The notes beneath the pieces are model-generated. The model saw only the letters and a list, made by a program, of their open reading frames with translations. It was not told the DNA's origin and searched no databases. DNA of 64,000 bases from Macrostomum lignano (taxonomy: Eukaryota), in the NCBI GenBank assembly GCA_002269645.1, contig NIVC01000380.1, forward strand, positions 248,001 through 312,000, read 5' to 3'. Shown here piece by piece: positions 43,480-56,760 of the stretch. Every line of letters starts with the position of its first letter. The stretch's first letter is position 1. Both the position numbers and the translations under genes were made by a program.

Positions 43480-44600
43480 GAAAATTGCATTTTACTTAGC
43501 TTCTACTGAAGCAACTTGAAAAATTCTTTTTTTCTTGAATATACACCGCAATTAAACATATTCAAGTGTAATTTCATTGTTCTTCGTTGATTAATATGTG
43601 TACAATAAGCATCTGATTTGGAAGCCGGGTAACACATTGGAATTCCCATAAGGATTGGAAAATTGCATTTTACTCAGCTTCTACTGAAGCGACTTGAGAA
43701 ATTCTTTTTTTCCTGAATACACGCCGCGATTATACATATTTAAGTGAAGTTTCATGATACCTGGTTGCTTAATAAGCTTACAGTAAGCACATACATGCGC
43801 AACAGTCGGCCGAGTCGGCCAATCCGGCTGACCGATTTGGTGGCCAACCAAGGAAGTCGCAAAAATGCCGACCCGAAAAAACACCAAGTAGTAGTACTAA
43901 CTAGCTGACGAGGCATTTTGGCTTAATAAGACAGTAATAGTTACTCCTGCCGTTTACCCAAAGTTGCGTTAATTTTGCTTTCGGGTTTTTTTTACATGAA
44001 AGTCGCATTTTTGGCCAAAAACTATGTCGCATTTTTGTTAAAACTAAGTCGCACGGCCGACCGAAATTTGGAGGTTGCGCATGTATGAGTAAGCATTTAC
44101 TTTGGAAGCCGGGTAACACATTAGAATTCCCATAAGGATTGGAAAATCGCGTTTTTCTCAGCTTCTACAATACCTATCAAGAAAATTCTTTTTTTAATGC
44201 ATACACGCCGCGATGATACACATTTAAGTGAAGTTTCATGATACCCGGTTGCTTAATAAGCTTATAGTAAGCGTTTACTTTGGAAGCCGGGTAACACCTT
44301 AGAATTCCCATAAGGATTGGAAAATTGCATTTTACTCAGCTTCTACTGAAGCGACTTGAGAAATTCTTTTTTTTCCTGAATACACGCCGCGATTATACAT
44401 ATTTAAGTGAAGTTTCATGATACCTGGTTGCTTAATAAGCTTACAATAAGCATTTACTTTGGAAGCTAGGTAACACATTAGAATTCCCATAAGGATTGGA
44501 AAATCGCGTTTTTCTCAGCTTCTACAACACCTATCAAGGAAATTCTTTTTTTCCTGCATGTATGCTGCAATGATGCATATTTAACTGTAAGTTTAATGAT
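43480..44600. repeat. ~180-bp tandem satellite, about 5 units
   Basis: tttggaagccgggtaacacattagaattcccataaggattggaaaat recurs at ~43617, ~44100, ~44280 and ~44459, with a partial unit at ~43480. Confidence 0.92.
43790..44087. mobile_element. hAT-type MITE (298 bp) inserted in the satellite
   Basis: TIR catacatgcgcaac / gttgcgcatgtatg. 8-bp TSD agtaagca at 43782-43789 and 44088-44095. Sister satellite units show the empty site. A lone related end lies at ~42630-42668. Confidence 0.92.
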
Positions 44601-46189
44601 ATTTCATTACTTACTTCGTCTACAGGATGCATTTGATTTGAATTCTGGATTTACATTTTGTGGTCCAAAATTTTCGACTGAAATTTTTAAAGCTTGAATA
44701 TGGGCCTATTTATGAAAGAATACCATACAAGTTAATACTTAAATCAAAGAGGACATCTTACAGATTATTTTGCATCAAGAATAAGTGGTATACTTACTTC
44801 GGGAGAAAAAGGTTTGCTGGCAAAGTTTGCACTTTGAGTTAGTATCAAGTTTTTGAGAGTTTATGTGGTTTTAGAAAAAGTTTATAATCTTTTGAACTGC
44901 TTGTTCTTTTTAAAAAAAATAAAAAGTAAAACACAGAATTCTTTCTCCTTTGTAAACAAAATAAAAAATTAGCCTTATTCGAGGCTAAAAAGTCTTATAA
45001 TTAATTGTTTATTTGTAAAAAAAGTGAAAAAAATAATCGTGAAAGTGTCAATACGCACTTTAAAAAATGCTTTTTTAGTGGTTTTGCTTATTTATTCAGC
45101 AATGCAGTGGTATAAAAATGAAAGTTTGTGTCCTGAACTTTTTTTTAAAGACTTACCTGTCCTTTAAAATGCTTTTTCTGATACATTACCTTCCATTCAA
45201 AGTCCGCAGATTTGTTTTACTGCTTTATCCCACATTTTTGGATTTTGCCAAATACTTATATTGAGAAGATTGGTATTTAACCTAAGGCTCTCTATTTTAC
45301 TTTATTTAATATCTCATATTTTAGCACTTTTTAAAATCAAGATTCAATTAAGATGGGATAAAAAATTAAAATCTCAAATATTAATCACAAGTCAAGATCA
45401 CAATCTTGCCAAACTTCTATTCAGAATGTTTTGCAGTCTCTAGAACCTTTCTCTAACTAGGCCTAAACCAAGTTTTTTTAAATATAGAAAGACTTAAAGA
45501 AACAAAATAATTATTATTTGAATCAATCACCTAGGCTTCTACCATTTTTCAGGCAGAGACATAATGCTATTGCTGAATAGTGAATATAGAATTTCTTACT
45601 CTTAGTTTTCAAGGCAAAACATTGTTAGCCAGTTATCCAGGGCTTTTTCATTAACAAGTTTTGATTGTCAAGGCATTGGTCAGGGCTAAGAACAAATAGT
45701 TTGCTAGGTCACAGGTTGTAGAGATTCTAAAAGATAAGGCATTAGTTTCTAGTCTAGGATAGATTTTTTGTACAAAATCCTTGACATATTCTGTGCATGC
45801 TAAAAAAACTTGTTGATAAACTTGCATAGTTGCCTAGACTTTATAAAAGTCTTGTAATAAGAAAATTAGAAGTTGGCATAAATAATTTTAAAAGGTTTAT
45901 ATTTCACTAGTAAATTCTATGCCAGTTTTTGTTCTAAAAATTTTATGTAAAATTGTCATGCAAAGATTCTATCCTAGTTCTAAGCCAAGGTCCAATAACT
46001 TTTGATGTTATTTTGACAGTATAAAGAGAGCTATTATTATGTAGGAATTGGACAAGACCATGATTTGATACTTTTGTACATATGCATTGCCATGGATTTT
46101 TTAGTAGGAGGGAGGACAAAGCCAAGAATTCAACATGTATATATACATGACTAAATTCTTATATCACTATTTTTTTGAGAATTGTGTTG

Positions 46190-46400
46190 TCAGCACTCAT
46201 TTTGGCATTGCAAGTACTCTTTTTAGTGCTATAAGCACTTATTTTGATGCCAAAGGTGCTATATTATGGTGCATTAAAGAAAAATTTTTGATTAATCACA
46301 ATGGGTCACAAATTGGGATAAGAGGACAAAGCATTGGCATTCCCCCTAAAGCTTTTACTATGGGAGACATCTCCCTTATCTGCCCGGTGGCAATATGGCT
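46190..46400 (+). mobile_element. Hypermutated relic of the right end of the 1636-2531 hAT family
   Basis: Colinear with ~2320-2531 (gccaaagg.gctatatt, ggacaaagcattggcat, gcttttact, ccggtggc). Confidence 0.85.
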
Positions 46401-47089
46401 ACTTTTGTACAATGGTGGCAAGCCAATTTATCTAGTTGTTAATAGTATAAGTTGGCCATAATCAATGTGGTAGGTGGTAGCAGCTTATAGAAGATTTCAC
46501 TTTTACAGTCTTATTAAATATATTATGGTAGTAGATTATAGCCTTAGGGAAATTAGGCTATAGTTCAGTGATTGCATCAGCATTTACCAACAATTGGCAA
46601 TTCTTAATGTTCAAATATATGCATTTTTCATTGCCAATAACAATCAACTTCAGCTAGTTGTATATGTACCAATAGGAAAAAAATAAGCTCCCTTTGCCCT
46701 TTGTTTGTGGTCCTAATTAGATAATTCATAGTGTAAAGGTGCCCATTAAGTCAACTTGTGTACCTTGCCTAGTTGATGCAAGTGACTGGCAATTGTTTGA
46801 TGGTCTATCCCTAAGATTTATGCCAACTTATGTATGGTAAGTTAATTGGGGGTTAGGCCTAGTTTCAATTAGTATGCATAGGTGGTCATCTACCTCATAA
46901 GGACATCGTAACTAAGGCAAATCTTTAAGGCTGAAATCTCCTTGGCAAAATCAAGCAAACCAGTTGCACAGTCTATTTAGATTGTACTAGTACCAAATGC
47001 TTTGTTAATGTAGTTGTTTGATTCAGCTGCTTTGATGCCAAATTTGAAGTCATAGAATAACAGACCACAAATATAGGGTCAAGAGATTG

Positions 47090-47172
47090 CCAGGGGCTAG
47101 CGGAATGGGCGGTCTCCTCCGCATCCTCGCTGCATCCGCCGGACGCCCCCTGCAGCTAAGTCAAGTAAGTCA
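47090..47172 (+). mobile_element. Short 3'-end fragment of a LINE related to 22545-28818
   Basis: caggg...agcggaatgggcg...ccctgcagctaagtcaagtaa matches ~28732-28808. Confidence 0.85.
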
Positions 47173-48642
47173 AAGGGTCAAGAGAGATCCATGTAGTTAA
47201 TCTGGCTTTGACAGCAACAATCATAAAAAGTATACCTAGTCTATCAAGATTGCATAAGCTTCTAGAATGTTCCATAAAGTTCTAAATTGGATTTTTATAG
47301 AAACTGTAAGAGAACATTCTTATCAACCAAATAGTAAAGATAAAAAATGATTATTTACTAGGCCTTATTGAGCTTGTTAATAACTTGATATATATCAAAT
47401 GCAAATATAATAATATTAGCAACTATCCAGTCTGTTTTTTCAATATTATTTTTAAGTTTGAATTGGTGCCACAACATAGTGCCTTAGCACTAGATAAAGC
47501 ATTTGATAGAGAAGTAAATGAGGCAATAGCTAGAGCAGTAGATAGAGCAACAATGAATAAGGCAGTAAAAGTACCAATAGATAGAGCAGTAGATAGAGCT
47601 AAAGCATTTTTTAAAACCATTTCTTATCCTTTTTCTTATCTTTTCTTATCCTGAATTGTCAATTTTTATTATTGATATATCAGTTACTCTGTTTTTTGTC
47701 ATATCTAAGACAAAGCAAAGTCAAAGAAAGACAAAATTAAATTATAAAAGACTGACAAAGATAAAATGGGTTTGAAGCTTTTCATTTTCCTGTCTGTATA
47801 GATAAGTAAATTAATTTGCATGCCTCTGTACTTAATGTTTAAAATGTATTATATATATATTAGGGCATATTATATATATAGATATATATATATAGAGGAT
47901 ATGAAAATAATTTTTTATTAAAGCAAAGCAATAATATTAATAATGGACTAGGGTCTGAGTAATATAATAAAGTAATAACATATATAGATTTTAGCATATA
48001 CACTTGTAGCCTTGTACCTTATCAGTAGTAATTAGTTGCAAAAATATATAAAAGTCATGAAGCTTAATAGACTTAAATCAATATTAGGATAAACATAGTT
48101 TATAGTTTAATAATAGGCCTTGGATATTGATATATTTATATATAATATTGCTTATAGCAAAATATTCTTATATTTTGCAATGTACTAGAGTCCATTTATA
48201 AAAAATGTTATATGATATATTTTATTCTAACAATATGTTTTTCTAATGCCATTGAGTCTTGAATTAAAAAAAGACAACAATTTTTACATTTTTCTAAAGT
48301 GAAAATTGATTAAAATCAACTAAGATAAAATTTTGCATGAAATTAAATCTTTGACAAAATATAACCTAAAGTATCAAGACATGATTAAACCATAAGGTAA
48401 TATCTGCTATACTTAAATTTATGTTAGGATATTGTTTTAATAGACATGATTTTTGTTTTCAAGACCATAATAATTATTATAAGTCTTAAGTAGCAGAAAA
48501 AAATTCTTGAAATTGATCTCAAGAGTATGGTTGCTACTTTATAGAATTGAAATCTGTATAAATAGAAAAAAGAGATAATACATTATTGCACAGAGAAAAT
48601 TTTTGTCAACTGTTGAGTATAGTAAAATTATGATTTTAATGA

Positions 48643-51600
48643 ATGCCTTCTGAGTGTCAACTAAGCCTCTGCACTGTGCAAGACTTATCCCCATTGCTGT
48701 GCAATCCGGAGCCCAACGATGAGCTTCCTGGGCTCACAGCTCAGCTGCAGTTGATGCACAGTCGGCCTGACCATCTGGTTGATGAGTCAAGGCAGCAGAA
48801 ACAGCAACAACAGCAGGAGCAGCACCTGGCATGTGACCTGCCAGATAGTTGGAGTACAATATCTTCATTAGCAGCAGCGGCAGCTATTCAGCATACGAAA
48901 TCTTTGCCAACACTTCAAGATGAAGCTTCAGCGGCTAGGCGCTGCGATACTATGATTGTAGCCGCTGAACCGCGTCGATCCAAAACTCTGTTCGAAGGTC
49001 TGCTAGGCTGTCTGCGACCGATGTTGCAAATTGTGGGCAGGCGGGCTGCCGTATACGGCGGAGCCTATGCTCAGGTTGCTTCAGGGGCCGCCGCTGGTTC
49101 CACCGCCGCAGCCGCCTCCGTGCCCTGGACTGTTGACATGTTGGACATTTCCGATTTACAGTTTCTAACCTCCGGCAGTCAGGGTGCCGTGTTCTATGGC
49201 ATTTATAGGGGTCAAGAGGTCAGCGAATTTAATGAATTTTGTTTTTTGCCGTGCATTAATCTGATTGGTTGTAGTTAGGTAAAGGGGTAGGGCTCGCGAG
49301 GTGCTTGGCTCCTATTGGTTGTGGCTCAATAAAGGGGGTAGGGATGGCGAGGTGCTTGGCTCCTATTGGTTGTGGCTCAATAAAGGGGTTAGGAATTGCG
49401 AGGTGCTTGGCTCCTATTGGTTGTGGCTCAATAAAGGGGGTAGGGATGGCGAGGTGCTTGGCTCCTATTGGTTGTGGCTCAATAAAGGGGGTAGGGATGG
49501 CGAGGTGCTTGGCTCCTATTGGTTGTGGCTCAATAAAGGGGGTAGGGATGGCGAGGTGCTTGGCTCCTATTGGTTGTGGCTCAATAAAGGGGGGTAGGGC
49601 TGGTGAGGTGCTTGGCTTGATAATGCTATAAATCACTTGTAGCATGAAATAAATTCAATGACTCTCAAATAAATTCTCGCTCCAGGTGGCAGTGAAAAAG
49701 TTCACTGAACCGCCCGAGGTCAGTCTGCAAGAGTTGCGTCATTTGCGCGATCTGCGTCATCCGCATGTTGTCCAATTTATTGGCGCATGCGTATCGGACC
49801 CCAACTGTAACTGTCTGGTGATGGAGTACTGCCCATTCGGCAATCTGTACGAGTTCTACACTAGTAAAGTTGACTGTCTGCCGGCAGCTAAAGTGCTAGA
49901 CTGGTGCAAACAATTAGCTAGCGGCATGGCCTATTTGCACGAAAGAAAAATTGCACACGGCGATTTGAAGAGTCCAAATATTCTTGTCTGCGATGGAGAC
50001 GTGCTCAAGATATCAGATTTTGGATTGGTTCGGGTGCCGGCACTTGAGGGAGCGGCCTGCAGTAGACAGGTGCGTTTCTTAATTGGCCTGTGCTGTCATG
50101 ATGCTGTCTGTGATGGTTCTTGTCAGGTGTGTCTGTTAGGGGTTCTTGTCAGGTGTGTCTGTGATGGGTTCTTGTCAGGTGTGCCTGTGATGGGTTCTTG
50201 TCAGGTGTGTCTCCTTGAGTGTCAAGTGTCTTAGGAGCTCTCCTCAGGTGTGTCCTAACTAGTTTTCAGGTTTCTATGACTAGTTTTCATGTGTCTATGA
50301 CTAGTCTTCAGATATCTATGACTCGTTTTTATGTGTCTATGACTAGTCTTCAGATATCTATGACTCGTTTTTATGTGTCTATGACTAGTCTTCAGATATC
50401 TATGACTAGTTGTCAGGGGTCTATGACTAGTTGTCAGGGGTCTATGACTAGTTGTCAGGGGTCTATGACTAGTTGTCAGGTATGTATGACTAGTTGTCAG
50501 GGGTCTATGACTAGTTGTCAGAGGTCTATGACTAGTTGTCAGGTATGTATGACTAGTTGTCAGGGGTCTATGACTAGTTGTCAGGGGTCTATGACTAGTT
50601 GTCAGGGGTCTATGACTAGTTGTCAGGTGTGTATGACTAGTTGTCAGTGTGTATGACTAGTTGTCAGGGGTCTATGACTAGTTGTCAGGGGTCTATGACT
50701 AGTTGTCCGGGGTCTATGACTAGTTGTCAGGGGTCTATGACTAGTTGTCAGGGGTCTATGACTAGTTGTCAGGGGTCTATGACTAGTTGTCAGGTATGTA
50801 TGACTAGTTGTCAGGGGTCTATGACTAGTTGTCAGAGGTCTATGACTAGTTGTCAGGTATGTATGACTAGTTGTCAGGGGTCTATGACTAGTTGTCAGGG
50901 GTCTATGACTAGTTGTCAGGGGTCTATGACTAGTTGTCAGGGGTCTATGACTAGTTGTCAGGGGTCTATGACTAGTTGTCAGGGTCTATGACTAGGTGTC
51001 AGGTGTGAATGACTATTTATCCCATCCCCAACCCCATCCGGCAGGTGGCGTCCCGCCTGCTGCAACTATACGGCACAGTGCGCTGGATGTCGCCAGAGCA
51101 GTGCCGCCAGGAGAGCTGGGGCTACGCTGCCGATGTGTACAGCTACGGGGTAATCGTGTGGGAGCTGCTGTTCCAAGAGGTGCCCTATAAAAACGTGGAC
51201 CGTTGGGCGGTAGTGCTTGGCGTCGGTCAGGGCACCCTGTCGTTGCCATTGCCGAGGCACACGCCCGACACTATGCGCACCTTAATGGAGTCCTGCTGGT
51301 CGCAGCGAGCCAAGTCTCGTCCGGCATTCAAAACTATCAGGCAATCATTGGAGATGCGATGCACGGATGTGCTCATTTTATCCGATGGCGATCTCAGGAT
51401 ACTTCGTCGGGCTTGGTCAGCTGAGATTGCCTCGGCTCTGTCCAGCATGCGACAGGAGGATCTGAGAGCTAAGCTAGAAGCCGACCTGATCAGGCAGCGC
51501 CGTGAGGAACTGCAGCACGCCAGCGATATTCGCCAGCACTATGAGAAGAAGCTGCACCGGGTGGATAATCTGCAGATGGATCTGACTAATCTGCGTCTGC

Positions 51601-54600
51601 GCCTACTGTTGCAGGCTAAAGCTACTCAGGACCGGAGCCGTGAGCTGCACCGGCTCATGCTGGAGAAGTGCTGCCGATCCTGCAAGCAGTTGCTTACCGC
51701 CTGCGGCACCGGAGATCAGCGTCTACGACGACGACGCGGCAGTCTGGAGGAGCTCCGTCGGCGCTACCTGCCACCGACGGCGCCGTCAACAAAGCGATCG
51801 GCGCCTGCCAAGCCATCGCTAGCCGACGCGTCGGTTCAGACGATCTGCCATGCCGATGCTGGCGTCGACGAAGACGGCATCGATTCGTTGCCTCAGCTGC
51901 GTCAGAAACCCGGCAGGCGATTGAATAAAAATAATAGCCAGTCAAGTACTAATACGGCTAATAGTAGCAGCAGCCGGAGCAGCGGTTGCAATGTCGGCAG
52001 CAGCTACGCTGGCGGCAGCCGCGGCAACAACGGTGCCAGCCCAGCGATGCTGCTAAGCACTGAGATTCTCACCAGGGAGCTGCAGGACAATATGACGGAT
52101 AGTTTGAGCGATAAAGAGGCCGCGTTTGATCAGTTTAAGCAGCAGGGCGGCAGCCGCTGCTCGGCCGGGACCGGGCACGCCGTCTACTGCGCCGGGGCGC
52201 GGGACAGCGCGGCTACCGACTTTAATTTGGTGAGCAAGCGCCTGGTGGGAGTCAGGGTTTAAGGATTCTCCTTAGAGTTGAGTTTCATTGCAGGAATCTC
52301 GTAATTAAAGGATTTCCACATACATGTATAGATTTTTCCTGGTTGCGAAATTCCCCTTAGCTGGGGCTTTCTGAGGGGATTTCCCTTAGGTTGGGGGTTC
52401 TCTTTTTTGGGGATTCCCTTATTTTAGGGAATTTCCTTTGCTGGGGGTTCCCCTTTTTATGGATTCTCCTTTGTTGGGAATTCCCCTAATTTGGGATTCC
52501 CCTTATTTTGGGGATTCTCCTTTGTTGGGAATTCCCCTTATTTGGGGATTCTCCTTTTTGGGGGATTCTCCTTTGTTGGGAATTTCCCTTATTTGGGGGT
52601 TCCCCTTATTTTGGGGATTCTCCTTTGTTGGGAATCCCCCTTATTTGGGGATTCTCCTTATTTTGGGGGTTCTCCTTTGTTGGGAATCCCCTTTAGTTTG
52701 TGATCTTCCCTAGTTGAGGATTTCACCTAGGGTTTTACCTTGGGAATTTCCATTGAATATGCCTTAGAGTTCAGGGACATTATTTAGATGTGGAAAATTT
52801 CCCCGGGTTGAAGAGCATTCTTATGTATCTAACTAAGAATTGACTTTTTCAAGGCCTGTTTCAACATTTTTATGTTACACAAATTTTATAGCCCGTAGTA
52901 AAGTGTCCTTAATTTATGATTTATATGTAGACAATGTAGGATCTTCGGTTTTTTATCAAAACAGGAAATGACCTATGCTAAGCCAGGTGCAAAGTCCGCT
53001 TAGCTGGTCGAGTGCAATAGGAAGCCATACTATCTGCGTTTTTGTTCTGTTTGCACTTTTATTTTTCGGCTTTCCGCCGCTTTGCCTGTCTGCCTGCAGA
53101 AAGCTGGCTCTCTTCTCCTCTCCCTCTCGCCTTAGCATTTTGTGACTGGCGGGAGAGCAAAACCAATTTGATTCTGCATCCCAAATATCCCACACCCGCA
53201 TTCTGACTGCATGGAGAGTGGGAGATAGAAAGGGATGTTTTTGCGGGGCGAGAGAGTGCATCCGCTGTTTTGGGGATTCTGTGTACGCTGCTGCTTTTGC
53301 ACTTGGGGACTGGGACTGGGAGAGAGAGAGAGAGAGGGGGGATTAAGGGGACAGAGGAAGATTTTCCATCCCCAGCATCGATTATTCGCCATTCTGCCTG
53401 TCCCTAGCCTAAGCTAAGCTGGAAGCTGTGAGCCCCGGATCCCTGCCAGGCGCCTTACAGAGTTGATCACAGAAAGTTAGATCTATACTGCAAGCTCTGC
53501 TGCCATGGGAACCAATGGTGGGGGTGGGTTTAGTTCATGGAATATTGAACTGACTCACCCCAGCGGAGGTTGGGGGGTGAGGGTAAGATCAGCACAGATG
53601 AGATTCTGGTCTCAGTGCTTGCATTGCCTATCATGGAATGCGTTCTCTTCTCGACTCTCTCTTCCTTGCTGTACTTCCTACTGTCTTACTGCTCTTCTTA
53701 AAGTTATATTTTGCGTTGGTATGGTATTTTTATACTCAATTCAATTACTATTTTTGGACTAGTAGAGGGAAATTGAGATTGGAATTCTCTGTTGTATTGT
53801 ATCATTGTCATTCTATCTGTCACTGTCTGTCACTCCGCCACTGTCTGTCATTCCGCCACTATCTATCTTTCACTCTGTCACCATCTATTTGTCACTGTCA
53901 CTGTATATCTGTCACTCTGTCTGTCAACATCTATCTGTCACTCCGTCACTATCTATCTTTCACTCTGTCACCATCTATCTGTCACTCCTTCACTATTTAT
54001 CTGTCACTCTGTCTGTCACCATCTATTTGTCACTGTCACTGTCTATCTGTCACTCTGTCTGTCAACATCTATCTGTCACTCTGTCACTATCTATCTTTCA
54101 CTCTGTCACCATCTATCTGTCACTCCGTCACTATTTATCTGTCACTCTGTCTCACCATCTATTTGTCACTGTCACTGTCTATCTGTAACTCTGTCTGTCA
54201 ACATCTATCTGTCACTCTGTCACTATCTATCTGTCACTCCGTCACTATCTATCTGTCACTCCGTCACTATCTATCTGTCACTCCGTCACTATTTATCTGT
54301 CACTCCGTCACTATTTATCTGTCACTCTATCACTATCTATTTGTCACTTTGTCTGCTAATTCATTAGCTAATAAACAATATTACAATATTATTATTTATT
54401 AATTAAATCGCAGATGCCGCTTAACTCAGAGAGCTTCGAAGATCATCAGCATCAACAGCAGCAGAGCTTCGCTCTCAGCATCCTGGAAGTCGATCAGGAC
54501 CAGCCTACTTCGACCAATCCGACAATGTCGACCGCAGCGACGTCGACGGCGGCGGCGGCGGCTGGAGACGCCGCGGTTGGCGCAATGGCTCTTCATCCGC

Positions 54601-54656
54601 TTCGTCGGAGCGAAGGCTGCGCTAACGGCTTTCGGCCCAATTCGGCATTCATCTAG
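48643..54656 (+). CDS. MAP3K13: DLK/LZK-family MAP3K; exons 48643-49218, 49686-50069, 51045-52229 and probably 54414-54656
   Basis: FLTSGSQGAVF, VAVKK, HGDLKSPN, DFG, GTVRWMSPE, ELLFQEVPYK, zipper RREELQHASDIRQHYEKKL, and TDSLSDKE (similar to the SDGLSD motif). GT-AG phase-0 junctions. MAP3K12 versus MAP3K13 is not resolved. Last exon less certain. Confidence 0.88.
49290..49612. repeat. 51-bp intronic tandem repeat
   Basis: About 6 units, MAP3K intron 1. Confidence 0.95.
50100..51003. repeat. 21-bp intronic minisatellite (ctatgactagttgtcaggggt) and variants
   Basis: Direct observation, MAP3K intron 2. Confidence 0.95.
52335..52700. repeat. ~34-bp tandem repeat (ggggattctcctttgttgggaattccccttattt)
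   Basis: Direct observation. Confidence 0.9.
53810..54345. repeat. ctgtcact/ctatctat composite minisatellite
   Basis: Direct observation. Confidence 0.92.
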
Positions 54657-55134
54657 TGTAGAAATTTCTGCTTTGTTAACTTATTTTTCGATACATATCG
54701 TCTCAGCTCTTTATTTCAACTTTTCTTAACACTTTCTCAATTAAATTTGTAAAACAACTCTGTTTGCCTACTAGTCTGAGTAGTTCTGTTGCGCTTTTTT
54801 TGAAAAAAATATTTACAGCTATTTTTTGCTTCACGCGTCCGAGTGATTAACTTTTGATTAAAGAGAAACTTCAAAATTTTGCTTTTTGTGTTAAAATTAG
54901 GCTAAACCCCGGTAGTTGCGCGCACAATGTCTATTGGTTCATTTTCTGCAACAATATATATTTAAAGCTGCATGTTCTAGGATAAATTATGGCCAGTGAC
55001 TAGCTTTGGTAGGCAATATCGTTTTTTGCGCGTGTCCTATAGTCCACTTTTTGCTTTTTTGTCTGCTTTTAGTTCTTTTCTGGCGCGTTCTTTTTAACAG
55101 TTGCACGAGTTTTTTTTGTTTTATATGATCTCTA

Positions 55135-55865
55135 AATTGGCGTTTAATATATCTCTAAATTGGCGCTGAATAGATCTCTAAATTGGCGCTAAATATATCT
55201 CTAAATTGGCGCTGAATAGATCTCCAAATTGGCGCTGAATAGATCTCTAAATTGGCATTAAATAGATCTCTATATTGGCGCTGAATAGATCTCTAAATTG
55301 ACGCTGAATAGATCTCTAAATTGGCATTAAATAGATCTCTAAATTGGCGCTGAATAGATCTCTAAATTGGCGCTGAATAGATCTCTATATTGGCGCTGAA
55401 TAGATCTCTATATTGGCGCTGAATAGATCTCTAAATTGGCATTAAATAGATCTCTATATTGGCGCTGAATAGATCTCTAAATTGTCATTAAATAGATCTC
55501 TAAATTGGCGCTGAATAGATCTCTAAATTGGCATTAAATAGATCTCTATATTGGCGCTGAATAGATCTCTAAATTGGCGCTGAATAGATCTCTAAATTGG
55601 CGCTGAATAGATCTCTAAATTGGCGCTGAATAGATCTCTAAATTGGCGCTGAATAGATCTCTAAATTGGCGCTGAATAGATCTCTAAATTGGCGCTGAAT
55701 AGATCTCTAAATTGGCATTAAATAGATCTCTAAATTGGCGCTGAATAGATCTCTAAATTGGCGCTGAATAGATCTTTAAATTGGCGCTGAATAGATCTCT
55801 AAATTGGCGCTGAATAGATCTCTATATTGGCGCTGAATAGATCTCTAAATTGGCGCTGAATAGAT
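55135..55865. repeat. 23-bp minisatellite (atagatctctaaattggcgctga)
   Basis: About 31 units. Confidence 0.97.
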
Positions 55866-56349
55866 GTCAAAGCCAGTTCAATATTGGATAACTTGCCATT
55901 AAATCACACAAGTAATTATTTTTGTTTAAAATCTGTCTTTTCCTGTAGATGCCTGCAAATAGTTTCGTATCCAAGCGTATGGATAAGGCGAATTATTTTT
56001 GTGCTAATCAATATTTATTGCGACTCGTCTTTTTCTCTCAGTCACATCGAACTTTTTTGCTTTCGAAAACTTGTCAGTAATTTTTAACACATTTTTACCT
56101 CATCCGCAACGAGCTTTTTGCCCTCTTGTGTTCTCTTTCTCTTTTTTATTTTGCGCTTTTTCACTGCTTTCTCTTGATCCAGTGCACTTCTTTTAGTTTT
56201 TCTTTCTTCAACTAAAATTTTAAATGCTGGTTGGTCGAACCACCTATCTAGTCTACTTATACCCTTACAATTAGTAGTGTAGATTGAGCAGCTAGTCAGT
56301 TTTTTGTTCAGCTGTAATCGTTATAGATAATTTATCGATTTCTCACTGC

Positions 56350-56760
56350 TGCACCCACCCCAATCGTTCACCAACCACCACCCACCCCGCTCATGCACCC
56401 ACCCCACTCCTTCGCCTACCCCAGTGCTTCACCCACCCCACTCCTTCACCAACCACCACCCACCCCACTCATGCACATACCCCACTCATTTACCCACCTC
56501 ACTCCCTCACCCACCCACCCACCCAACATTCACACACCCCACTCATTCATCCGCCTCACTCCCTCACCTACCCCACTCCTTCACCAACCACCACCCACTT
56601 CGCTCATGCACCCACCCCACTCCTTCGCCTACCCCAGTACTTCACCCACCCCACTCCTTCGCCTACCCCAGTACTTCACCCACCCCACTCCTTCGCCTAC
56701 CCCAGTACTTCACCCACCTCACTCCTTCATCCACTTCACTGCTTCAGACACCCCAACGCC
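56350..56760. repeat. C-rich degenerate tandem repeat
   Basis: cacccaccccactccttc units. Confidence 0.9.

Noticed and set aside
47105-47170. HDV-like ribozyme suggested by gca-tcctcgc-tgc and gctaag
   Set aside because: P1 has only 5 bp, there is no P2 partner, and the related copy at 28730 lacks the loop.
47385-47654. ORF with AVDRA repeats
   Set aside because: Short tandem gatagagcag repeats in AT-rich DNA, no domain and no splice support.
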